In this document: positions 53,941 through 64,000 of the stretch, one piece after another
Position numbering within the stretch: the stretch's first letter is position 1
Layout: every line of letters begins with the position of its first letter
Source of the DNA: Eledone cirrhosa
Taxonomy: Eukaryota
Assembly: GCA_964016885.1 (NCBI GenBank)
Contig: OZ024743.1
Span: forward strand, 298,344,001 to 298,408,000
DNA: 64,000 bases
Direction: 5' to 3'
Translations under genes and position numbers: made by a program
Notes under the pieces: model-generated
Database searches by the model: none
What the model saw: the letters and a program-made list of their open reading frames with translations, nothing else
Told to the model about the DNA's origin: nothing

Positions 53941-54841
53941 AAACTTTGTAGCATCTATTCCAGCTCTGTACATTCATAGTTCAAATTTTGTCTCTCTTGT
54001 GCTTGGAAAATGGTAACATGAGAGGACTGGGATCCCTCTATCATTAGAACACCCCAAAAGCCTATGAGCTACAATCTGATAGGAGGCTGGCTATACCAGT
54101 AAAGATATGAACAACATTAAAATGTTAGCAATCCATATAATAAGTTCTAAGTGTTATTATTGCACATTGGTGGAATCTGTGCCAATTACTTCGATATCAA
54201 ACAATAAATTGAAATACACCTTCCAGTGTATTATTTTTGTGTGATACACAAATTTCACTACATTCAAATATGAAATGACAGCTAAGATAGTCTTGTTACT
54301 ATGGGAACATACTGCAACATTGCTTTTCTATTACAAGTTTATTTGTACATATTTTCTAGTTTTCCTTGTCTATTTCCTTTTTATTCCAAATATAACAACA
54401 TTCATGTCAGTGATACACACTTTTAAGTGAAGATGATATATCCTGCATTAGTTTTTATGATGAGCATCCAGTTTTTTCAGTCAACTGAATTGCTTACTCA
54501 TTAAAATAATATGTAATATGTAAGTAGCTGTGAGTTATACGAACATGCAGGCCTTTAATATAATTCACATGCCAAATCAATGTGACATAATATGTGATAA
54601 GATAGATCTTTTGAATTACATGTAAAATCAGTTGACATAAGATCCCATACAGTGGGATTGAATATGGAACATTATGATTGTAAAGTAAACTTCTTAGTCA
54701 TACTTGCATCCACATCATTTTAAGCATGCTGCTTGATATACACCAAACTATCATACTACACTATGTATTTCGGATTATATATATATACATATATATATCT
54801 GTTTTGCGAGGTTTTTGATATGAAATCGTGTGTCGAAACAA

Positions 54842-55437
54842 ATATTGATATACTTGGGGAGGGTCATATTGTTGTAATAATATTGCCAGAAATAATAACA
54901 GAACGCACTCACTGTTTTGTTGGTTTTCGCTTCTGTATCTTTTATATCTCCATAGTTAAATCATTTGGTCCTCAATGTTTATCATTGACTGACCAATGGT
55001 CAAAAATACAGATATAAATACATATATATATATAGTCTAACAAAGTTCTTTCGTTGCACATCTGCAACATCATCAGTGGTACTATTATGTTTCCTCCTGT
55101 TGTATTGTATGTCTACACCATTTTTATTTTATCAGATAAACAAATAAAATAAAAACAGATAAAATAAAAATGGCATAGACATACAATACAACAGGAGGAA
55201 ACATGATAATAGTACCACTGATGATGTTGCACATGTGCAATAAAAGAACTTTGTTAGACTATATATATGTATTTATATCTGTATTTTTGACCAATGATAA
55301 ACATTGAGGACCAAATGATTTAACTGTGGAGATATAAAAGATACAGAATCGAAAATCAACCAAACAGTGAGTGTGTTCTGTTATTATTTCTGGCAATATT
55401 ATTACAACAATATGACCCTCCCCAAGTATATCAATAT
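54842..55437. repeat. Long imperfect inverted repeat (about 280-290 bp arms, 24-nt spacer)
   Basis: 54842-55133 versus 55158-55437. Confidence 0.92.
55034..55083 (-). ncRNA. Hammerhead motif in the left arm of an inverted repeat (decayed mirror at 55211-55260 +)
   Basis: CTGATGA-t-gttgca(gatg)tgcaac-GAAA; stems I and III are imperfect. Confidence 0.6.
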
Positions 55438-55559
55438 ATATATATCAAGAGATGGTAACATGAATGAACCTGTTATTTTTCTCTAAAAAAATCTTTTCCC
55501 ACATTTCCGGCCTGCTCGTCTCCTCAACCTTTCTATTTCTTTTTTAATTTTTCATTCTT

Positions 55560-55595
55560 TCTTCTGATGAAGGACTAGTGTCTGAAACGTTAAGA
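55560..55595 (+). ncRNA. Minimal type-I hammerhead ribozyme motif
   Basis: tctt-CTGATGA-a-ggac(tagt)gtct-GAAA-cg-TT-aaga. Confidence 0.7.
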
Positions 55596-55673
55596 CCCTC
55601 TTCCTGCTATTTCAAGCGTTAAACTAATATATTTCCTTTGTGTTGTTATTTTTGTTATTTCTGTTTACCTTTT

Positions 55674-55704
<31 letters not shown>

Positions 55705-55706
<2 letters not shown>

Positions 55707-55898
55707 CGAGGGGTCTGAAAATTTCTCGGCTTTAAGGGTTTTGTGAAAGGGTAGAGATGTTATCTTTACAGGGGAGGTAGGACTGCTGCAATAAGTGTGT
55801 GACTCTGAGAGGGGAATATGTTGAAGAAAATCATAATTAACTGATCCTCCTGTATTTTCTTTTATCCAAAGCTAGGAACTTTTCACCACCCCCTTGTA
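55705..55898 (+). mobile_element. Mariner internal-deletion derivative
   Basis: tacgagggg..ctgaaaa / ttttcaccacccccttgta ends; transposase C-terminal remnant CNKCVTLRGEYVEE. Confidence 0.75.
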
Positions 55899-55909
55899 TA
55901 TATATATGT

Positions 55910-56572
55910 GAAAATAGTAGTGGCTAGTATGGTTGTAAGAGAAGTTGTCTAACTTTGCATACAATAATAAAGTAGTACAACCGTAAATGGCTAAGCTGCA
56001 TGGCGTGAGGTCATTATGTTCATGGATGGAGCTGGGAAGTAGTGAGGACAGAGTAAATGTTAGGAAACATTCACCACCAACGATGTCACAGTCACAGCAC
56101 TGGGTGCCACATGAAATCAGAAGAGTGCGCAAGAAAATTAAGCACACATGGATGTGAGCATAGGAATGTGTATCGGTAGTGTGTGTGGGCAGGTGCACAT
56201 ACTTGTGCGCACATCCAAAAGTGTAGAGTGGATGATTATGTGTGTGCAGAAGTAGATGTGTGTGGAGTGCTATGTAAATACGGATGTTGTAAATGTGGGT
56301 GTGTATTGTGTGGTGGCTGGAGTTGTGTGTGTGTGTGTATTTGTGCATGTATTTGTGTATGAGAGCAAGGGTAAAGAGAGGTTAAAAGAACTGTGCTGGG
56401 GAATTGAGTCCATACAGAAAAGAGGTTCCAAGGCAGAAAATTAATTTCTGCTTGGTCCTGGTGTGAGTAGCTGTGGATCTATGGTGTAAAAGGAGGCCAG
56501 AGACAGTGAGGTGTTGAGTAAAGTGGTTGGGGAATGGAAGTGACGAGCAACAGGAGTGTCTTTACCTAGTCG
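55910..56572 (-). mobile_element. Penelope-like element extreme 3' fragment (GIY-YIG C-terminus)
   Basis: Minus-strand translation with a frameshift: DTPVARHFHSP...LTVSGL...KQKLIFCLGTSFLYGLN; (TA)n on both sides. Confidence 0.7.
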
Positions 56573-56869
56573 TATATATGTGTAACTGTTAACTTAACTT
56601 TGATAACTTTGATAGTTATGTGATATATGTTTAGTCAATTTTTTGAATTAGTAGGCATAATGATTTTCCCTGGTGCCATTGAAAGAAGGCTGAGTTTTTA
56701 GAGTGCTGGACTAACTGTAATACAGTTTCTAGGATTATGCAATCTTGGTTCCAATTCATATCCCACCAAAACTGATGTTGCCTTTCACACATCAGAATAC
56801 CAGTAATACATTGTAACTCATTAAAAAATGTTTCTTTTCTATTTTCTATCACATTTTTCATCGAAACAG

Positions 56870-56989
56870 GAATGGTATGCTAAGACACCACTTGGTAAGA
56901 AGAGATTGAAAGCAGCTAAACTAGAACAGGAGGGTGCCAGTGGAAAAGATAAGAAAGATAAGGCAAAGGGAAAGAAAAAGAAGAAATAA
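56870..56989 (+). CDS. IQCA1: IQCA1 terminal coding exon (EWYAKTPLGKKR...KKKK*)
   Basis: aaacag acceptor; TAA at 56987-56989. Confidence 0.94.
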   Translation, partial: EWYAKTPLGKKRLKAAKLEQEGASGKDKKDKAKGKKKKK

Positions 56990-57009
56990 TTGATTATGTT
57001 TTTGATGAA

Positions 57010-57015
57010 AATAAA
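57010..57015 (+). promoter_or_regulatory. Candidate polyadenylation signal AATAAA
   Basis: 20 nt after the stop codon; the AT-rich context makes it uncertain. Confidence 0.4.
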
Positions 57016-57178
57016 TATATGAATATATATATATACATACATACACGCATATATATATATATATATAAATATATATATCAAACGTTAAGCTATATAATTA
57101 AAAAGAAAAACATCTGTGTGACGACTTATAATTGTAAACTTCAAATATATACAAAAATGTATTCAAACTGAATATTTA

Positions 57179-57221
<43 letters not shown>

Positions 57222-57382
57222 GGAACCAGTAGCACCCCGACGGCTGAGCTCAAGCCGTTTCGACGGCTAATTCTGGACTAAATGAAAATTTACCCACTCT
57301 ACTACCCCAAGTATTGAGTACTTTGGTGCGTTATGGTCCACCTGGTTCCTTACCACATTTCCTTCGTTATATATATATATAT

Positions 57383-57717
57383 ATATAAGATCAAAAGATG
57401 GTTAAAAGAGTTCCATGTATTTTATTATGCGCATTTCAAAAACAAATATCATCATGAGATGACATTTGCGTTTTCGTCAGATAAAATAGGGAGACATGAT
57501 ATGAAGGTTAAAAAACACTTGTGAATAGTGCAGTTTTAAATCAACATATGATATGTTGATTTAAAACTGCACTATTCACAAGTGTTTTTTAACCTTCATA
57601 TCATGTCTCCCTATTTTATCTGACGAAAACGCAAATGTCATCTCATGATGATATTTGTTTTTGAAATGCGCATAATAAAATACATGGAACTCTTTTAACC
57701 ATCTTTTGATCTTATAT
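57383..57717. repeat. Perfect palindrome, 167-bp arms, 1-nt spacer
   Basis: 57383-57549 is the exact reverse complement of 57551-57717 (checked by eye). Confidence 0.95.
57612..57682 (+). ncRNA. Type-I hammerhead ribozyme (identical mirror copy at 57418-57488 on the - strand)
   Basis: tattttat-CTGACGA-aaacgcaaatgtcatc(tcat)gatgatatttgttttt-GAAA-tgcgca-TA-ataaaata. Confidence 0.82.
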
Positions 57718-58833
57718 TATTTATACTCCAGTCCTACAAACTGTAGAGTGCTACTTATCCAATATCTGCATTGCTTTATTGTACTACAATAAAACTCACC
57801 TCCTACATATTTTTCATTTCATTTCATTTCATTTTACGTCTGCTTTTTTCCTGCTTGCAAGGGTGGGACGGGAACTGATTCTGGCTTGATTTCTACAGCT
57901 GGATGCCCTTCCTAACACCAACCTCATTTACAGTGAGTGCTGGGTGCTTTTTTGCCGTGGCACCTTCACGACCACTTTGCAGTGGAATGATAGGGACCCC
58001 AGTCCCTATCATCTCATTTCTACAGCTGAGTAAACTGGAGCAATGTGAAATAAAGTGTCTTGCTCAAGTACACAACACATCACCCGGTCTGAGAATTGAA
58101 CTCACAACCTTTCGATTGCAAGACCAATGCTCTAACCACTAAGCCATATGCCTCCATATATATACATGGTAAAACATTGTTTCATGTTTATTTATTTATT
58201 TATTTACTGTAATATATCAAGTGATAATTATATAAGTAGGATAAAAAAAAACAATAACATTATATGTGAATATAGCTGGAGCCTGTGCATAGTCATTGAA
58301 CCTGTTAGAAATAGCAGCCAAATTATAATCTACTATCTTAAAGATGTCTGCTTTTCTATACTTGCATGGGCTGGAAGAGACATTTTGAGGTAGTTTTTTT
58401 CTACAAACAGTTGTTCTTCCTGATGCTAAGCTATACTTTATAGTAAGTATGGTTTATACCACTGACATTTGCTGGATTGTTAATTTGTAGGATGCATTAT
58501 GTATGGGGGGACATAAACAAACATCATTTGCTTTTAAGCAGTCTTGATATGAAGAGATTCCAGGTGATTGACACACACACATACACACACCCACCCATAC
58601 AAACAAACACCCAGCCAACATACCAACATACACATATAAGCATAGATACATATATGTATGATGAGCTTCTTTACAATTTCCATCTACCAAATTCACTCCC
58701 AACGTATTGGTTCACCCAAGACTGTAGTAGAACGTACATGACTTAATTTAAAACCATTTTATTCCAGAACAAACTCTTAACTACATAGCCAGGCTTGCAT
58801 CCTCTCACTCTGTTTGTCTGTTCCTCTCTCCCT

Positions 58834-58882
<49 letters not shown>

Positions 58883-59673
58883 GAAGAAATTATGGAATAA
58901 AGTTTATCGAATAGAATGGACACAGCTTTGGTCATTTCCTCACTAACTCAATAATTTGATTAAGTCTGAATTATTAAAATTTGAACCTATCTGATTAGAG
59001 TGTACACTTAAACATTAATCAGTGAGGAAGACGACTTTGTGTGGGTAGGAAATTTGAGTTACCTGGACTGATGCACCAGTTTCTATGATTCCGATCTGCC
59101 AGTGGTGATCCAAATGGAGCCACCATGTGCAGAAATTAGGTAATGTTACTATTCATTACGTAATTAGTCAGGAACTGCATCGTCAGTGGGGGGTTTGCCT
59201 CCCTGCACTTGAAAGTTCTGTATGGCTAGCTGGTACACCAGGTTGGTGGACGCAAGTGATACAGTAGTAATCCTCAAACTTTCTGATACATGACGGCACA
59301 TCAAAGGGGAGGTAAGGCAGGCTTGACCAATTTGCAGAGAACACATACTGGCATTGATTCAAATTGAAAATAAATGGCCTTACCAGAAGCACTCTACCAG
59401 GGTGTTTTTGTAGAGAAAACAAAGACAGAGTAGCAAAAATAAACAAATTGAACTAGAATAAACAAAGTGAGAGAGTTCAACTTAGAATTTAAATACAGGT
59501 TAGTCTTCTGGGAGTTAGACATAATTATGAAATAAAGCTTATCGAATATAATGGACACAGCTTCGGTTGTTTCCTCACTTACTCAATAATTTAATTAAGT
59601 CAGAATTATTAATATATATATACATATATATAAATGAATAAAAATAACCAGGATTAAATGACATTATATCATT

Positions 59674-59749
59674 TAATTGATTTACAAATGTTTCAATCAA
59701 TACAACAGAAAATAAATTTCTGCTGCATTGATTTCTTCAGAATCTATTA
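59674..59749 (-). ncRNA. Type-I hammerhead ribozyme with a 17-bp stem II
   Basis: taatagatt-CTGAAGA-aatcaatgcagcagaaa..tttctgttgtattgatt-GAAA-catttg-TA-aatcaatta. Confidence 0.82.
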
Positions 59750-60081
59750 AACAACATAAATAACATAAATATTTAGCAAACGCATATCCGAATATCTCAG
59801 TTCAGAAAACAAATTTAAAACACAGTTGGGAAAACATTAAAACTTTATAATATATATTTATATATATACATCATCATCATCAGCATTGTTTAACGTCTAT
59901 CTTCCACGCTAGCATGAGTTAGATGGGAATTGTCCCACTTAAGGCAAGATTGGATAGGTGACTATGTCTTGCTTATATACATCTGTATCTGGCAGGTTTT
60001 CTACAATTGGATGTCCTTCCTAACACCAACTACATGTACAGTGTGGACATAATATATAATTAATTACAACAGTAATTATAT

Positions 60082-60124
60082 ACAGGTACTTGAGTTTCGT
60101 TGGGTTATGTCTCATTCAGCCTGT
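60082..60124 (-). ncRNA. Variant or degenerate hammerhead motif
   Basis: acagg-CTGAATGA-gacataacccaac-GAAA-ctcaag-TA-cctgt; core insertion and weak stem II. Confidence 0.5.
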
Positions 60125-61156
60125 TATAAAAACAAAGATGGCATCTGGTGGTTGAATGTAATTTCTTTTGTGAAGATTATTTGAGAGTTATTCAAAGGCA
60201 GATAATTTCAAAAAAAGTTATAAATAGCTATAAATAACCAAAAAATATAATATATATATATATATATATAATTTTTATAGGCAATTAACCAACCAGATGT
60301 TGGGAAAACGGCCTTCTGTGTCTTTTAGACACGTTATAGCTCTGCTAAGCTCTATATTTACTAATTTATATATCTATTAAACTCTAAATTTATTTCATTT
60401 AATTATGGCTTCTTAATTTAATCTTCAATTTAATTAACACGCTTTCAACCCCTCTTTTACAGTTTTCTCTTCCTCAATATCACCTTTATAGATGCTTAGT
60501 ATTACAGGCAAGGAAACTAGTAGGGTGAGCGAGATTACATTCGTTGCTACTACTATCATCACCACTACATGATAGAGGAGAGGAGGAGAAGTTAGATATT
60601 TTCAGACTTTGTCTTGCTAAATCATTGATATCCACCGGAAGTGGTGTGAGGTGGGAGCTTAACCCCACCTCCGCCCCAGTGTTAGAGCCAGGTAGAAATG
60701 ATACAGGGGCTGGCCTACTTAATGTCAACAAGCTAAGTGGTGGCCCCTCATATCGAAAAAACTTTTATGTTGTTTGTTTAAATATCACTGATGAACACGG
60801 GCTGATAAATTGGGCTGGAATCACATTACCTAATCATCAACGCCAGCAAATTATATATAATGGCTAAATAAATAAACTTTTTATCAACTACATATAGCCT
60901 TTGCTTTATTTACTATTCTGTTATATATATATATAAGTGTGTAAAATCTTGACCATGGCGCCAAGCACTTTTGGCTGAACACACAAGCTGAAACCGTTTG
61001 GTGCCATGGTTGGGATTTTACACATCTCTGTAACAAATCCACATTTCCCCATGTATCAAGTACTCACATGATTAGTGGTCTCCTCAGTGTCAACACCGCA
61101 GACTCTATTAATATATATATATATATATATGAAAAATTTGGGATCCCTACGGTTGA

Positions 61157-61236
61157 GCTCCTGTCATTTCAACAGCTAGATCTGAACTAAATGGCCAGTG
61201 TTCTGGCAGCAGGAATAGCTGACGTCATCAGGGAGC
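61157..61236 (-). ncRNA. Hammerhead motif in a fold-back element (stem III degenerate)
   Basis: gctcc-CTGATGA-cgtcagcta...tagctgtt-GAAA-tgaca-ggagc. Confidence 0.55.
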
Positions 61237-61487
61237 GACATCAGCTATTCCTGCCGCCAGAACACTGGTGATTCAGTTCAGAACTAGTTGCTGAAATGGC
61301 AGGAGCTCGACCGTTGGGGTGGTCCTGAATTTTTCATATTACCCACTCTACTACCCCAAGTATCGAGTACTCTAGTGAGTAATGGTCTAACTGGTTTTTA
61401 CTGCATCCATTGTGATATATAGATATATATATATAGTGAAAGAGTGAAGAATAACATGTTCAACTGTACAAAAGAGGGTTTTATTTA

Positions 61488-61593
61488 CAGTATTAACAAT
61501 TGTTTCATTGGTTAGGGTGTCTAAAAATTGCTAATCACTTGCGTCACTCAATTTTAAATACATGCATGTCTAATCAAATTATCAGAATAACTG
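61488..61593 (-). ncRNA. Hammerhead motif with a 72-nt stem II region and a core G8-to-A change
   Basis: cagttatt-CTGATAA-tttgattag...ctaaccaat-GAAA-caattg-TT-aatactg. Confidence 0.6.
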
Positions 61594-61649
61594 ATTAAAA
61601 TTATACACAGCGTTTGTAATATACTAGGAAAATTCAAATCACATCAGTA

Positions 61650-61885
61650 ATAAAGAAAGAAAAAAGAAAAAGAGAGAGAGAAAAAGAAAAAAGAAAAAAG
61701 AAAAAAGAAAAAAGAAAAAAGAAAAAAGAAAAAAGAAAAAAGAAAAAAGGAAAAAGGAAAAAGAAAAAAGAAAAAAGAAAAAAGAAAAAAGAAAAAAGAA
61801 ATAAGAAATAAGAAAAAAGATAAAAGGAAAAAGAAAAAAGAAAAAAGAAAAAAGAAAAAGAAAAAGAAAAAAGGAAAAAAATAAT
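61650..61885. repeat. (AAAAAAG)n purine-rich tandem repeat
   Basis: Direct reading; lies within the Penelope 3' region. Confidence 0.9.
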
Positions 61886-62274
61886 AAATAAATAATAATG
61901 AATAAGTTAGAATCAGGATGATAAAAAATAGGTAAAAAATATGTGTGAAAAAAGTGAACATAATATGATCGTTGAAAATAGTTGTGGGGGTGGTGGTGGT
62001 TAAAATTATAGTGGTGTCTACGTATAAAGATGTGATGGTATAAATATGAAAATATTAAATATATACACATGTATTGGTTAAATTACAGAGGGTTATATTA
62101 TGAAAAAATAATACAGTGATAAATAAAGGATAAATTACTAAATTGAAAGTTATGTGAGAGGTGAAGAGAACATGATAGGATATAATGGAAGAGGTGAAAT
62201 AGTTTTAGGGAAAGAAAGGTGAGGAGGTTATGATGTTGATTCAGTGATTAGTTGATCTATTGACAGTTAATAAT

Positions 62275-62450
62275 TGTTTCTACTTTTGGCACAAGGCCAG
62301 TAATTATCCAGTACATTACTGGTACTTTATTTTATAGACCCCGTAAGGATGAAAATCAAAGTTAACCTTGACGGGATTTGAACTCAGTCCGTAAAGGGAT
62401 GTAACTGTGCTGGAAAGCATGGCGTCCGACCCTCTACCGATACTGCCAAT
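62275..62450 (-). mobile_element. Meta-like SINE with a 10-bp TSD inside the Penelope element
   Basis: agttaataat at 62265-74 and 62451-60. Confidence 0.85.
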
Positions 62451-63750
62451 AGTTAATAATAATGGGTTATAGACTCTAAGTGGTTCAGTTTGAATTATAG
62501 GATTATTGGATCGAATCATGTTGGTTTGAAATTTGCGAATTTAGTAGCTGCTTTATGCCTACAGAAAATTGACCTTTATATTTTGCTGTTAAGCAACATT
62601 TTGTCATACTTTAAAATTGCAAAGTCCGCATTGGACATTCCATTTCTGTAGGCCTTTGCCCCCGATAATTTCGACCAGCTAATCCCGTATTCTTGGTTTG
62701 AATCCTTGAGCTCCCAGATTTTATTGGCGAGCATTGTTGTGTTCATTAGTTACAGTTCTTTATAGAATGTCTGTGAACGTACCATCTTTTTTTGAACTCC
62801 CCAGCCGTAGAACCTATGTAGTGCCATGCTAAGTTGCCTGAATTTATAGTACACAGGTACACTATATTTGAATCCAGGCATCTATTTTGTAGTGGGCACT
62901 TATCCGGTAAGTGAGAGTTACATTTTGAGGCCTTTCTGTGTGCCGGTTCTTCGATGCGGTTTTGTATGTTGTTAAATATGGGCTGAGATTTGGGTTTGTT
63001 GATGTTTTGTTGTGATGCGTTCTGACGTATGTGTGGTTGTGGTATTATGTGTTTGTGTTTTGTATTTGGTGTTATGGTGTTTGTTTCTAGGTTATTTTCA
63101 TTAGAGATTCTTCTATAGTTAATTTTATGTATGTGTGATTCTATGTTGGCTGCAGTAGAGTAAGACAGTTTGATAGTTTTTTTATTAAAGATTTTATGGT
63201 ATTTATGAAGTTTAGGGAAGTGCTTGTCAATTAGTTTAGAGAATGTAGAAGGTAGTTTGGTTTTTATAGAGGACTTAAATATTGGATTGGACCATAAGTA
63301 TTTCCTATCTCTGGATTTTCTATAGTTCCTAGGGGTCCTTATATTAGTATTCGGTTCAGTTATTTCTGGTGCTCGTTGTCTATTTCCATGTTTAATCCTA
63401 TATTTGCTATTTCTATAGGTGTGGGTGGTGTTATTGTTGTTAGGTGTGTTGTTGTTGTCTGTATCTGGTATATATTTGAGCCTCTACTTGTGGTCTGCCT
63501 TAAGTAAAGCTATGTTGTAGTAGTTCGCGTGTTCATTAAAAATCTCTGGGTTAGAAAATAAGCGTGAAATTCTAAAGGATACACTGTGCTATGGAGTTAA
63601 TTATGGAGCGAGGGTAGTTTGAGGTATAACTAATGTATGCTAGATTTTCGTTATTTTTATGGAAGATCTCTATTAGTCCTGTGTTTAGGTTGAGTGATAC
63701 ATCTAAGAAGTTAGCTCTTTTAGAATTAAGTTCGAAAGTGATGCCTATAT

Positions 63751-64000
63751 ATATGACTATAGCAAGGAATTTAGCATACAGGTCGGTGTCCACCAGGGCT
63801 CTGTTCTTAGCCCTCTCCTGTTCCTCATAGTTTTGCAGGCAATAACAGAGGAGTTTAAGACCGGATGCCCATGGGAACTCCTGTATGCAGATGACCTCGC
63901 ACTTATAGCTGAATCCATGGTAGAACTAGAGAAGAAATTCCAAACATGGAAGCAGGGACTAGAAAGAAAGGGTCTCAAAGTCAACCTGACAAAGACTAAG
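63751..64000 (+). mobile_element. RTE LINE, 5'-truncated, continues out of the window; abuts the Penelope element
   Basis: DYSKEFSIQVGVHQGSVLSPLLFLIVLQAITEEFKTGCPWELLYADDL. Confidence 0.92.

Larger units (their letters stand above)
61436..63750 (-). mobile_element. Penelope-like element (RT C-terminus, GIY-YIG, 3' UTR, hammerhead-bearing pLTR)
   Basis: ANFLDVSLNL...YISYTSNYPRSIINSI (63572-63750); CPLQNRCLDSNIVY...YIGSTAGEFKKRW (about 62780-62900); hammerhead motif at 61488-61593. Confidence 0.85.

Noticed and set aside
60780-60830. CTGATGA within a (TA)n-flanked unit; ORF 60544-60867
   Set aside because: No correctly placed GAAA or stem III, and the ORF has no recognisable domain.

Overview
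AT-rich, repeat-dense animal genomic DNA; the repeat content (RTE LINEs with (ATG)n tails, CORE- and Meta-domain SINEs, abundant TA/CA microsatellites) suggests a cephalopod, probably an octopod (inference). One host gene is present: 15 coding exons (5085-56989, + strand, 709 codons including the final stop) of IQCA1/DRC11, the IQ + AAA-ATPase dynein regulatory complex subunit, with the N-terminal exons outside the window. Thirteen exons splice cleanly in frame, but the first has an in-frame TGA and the second lacks a GT at its expected phase-0 donor. Introns hold a near-full-length RTE LINE, many RTE/CR1 fragments, three Penelope-like (GIY-YIG) fragments, three Helitrons, Tc1/mariner, hAT and piggyBac-like MITEs, and SINEs. 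The most striking signal is about a dozen type-I hammerhead ribozyme motifs (CUGANGA...GAAA...NUH), mostly in short non-coding, (TA)n-flanked, often fold-back elements. These include a perfect 167-bp-arm palindrome carrying a hammerhead on each strand just downstream of the gene, and they look like a Penelope-mobilised family of ribozyme mini-retroelements. All alignments and folds were done by eye; nothing was searched or computed.
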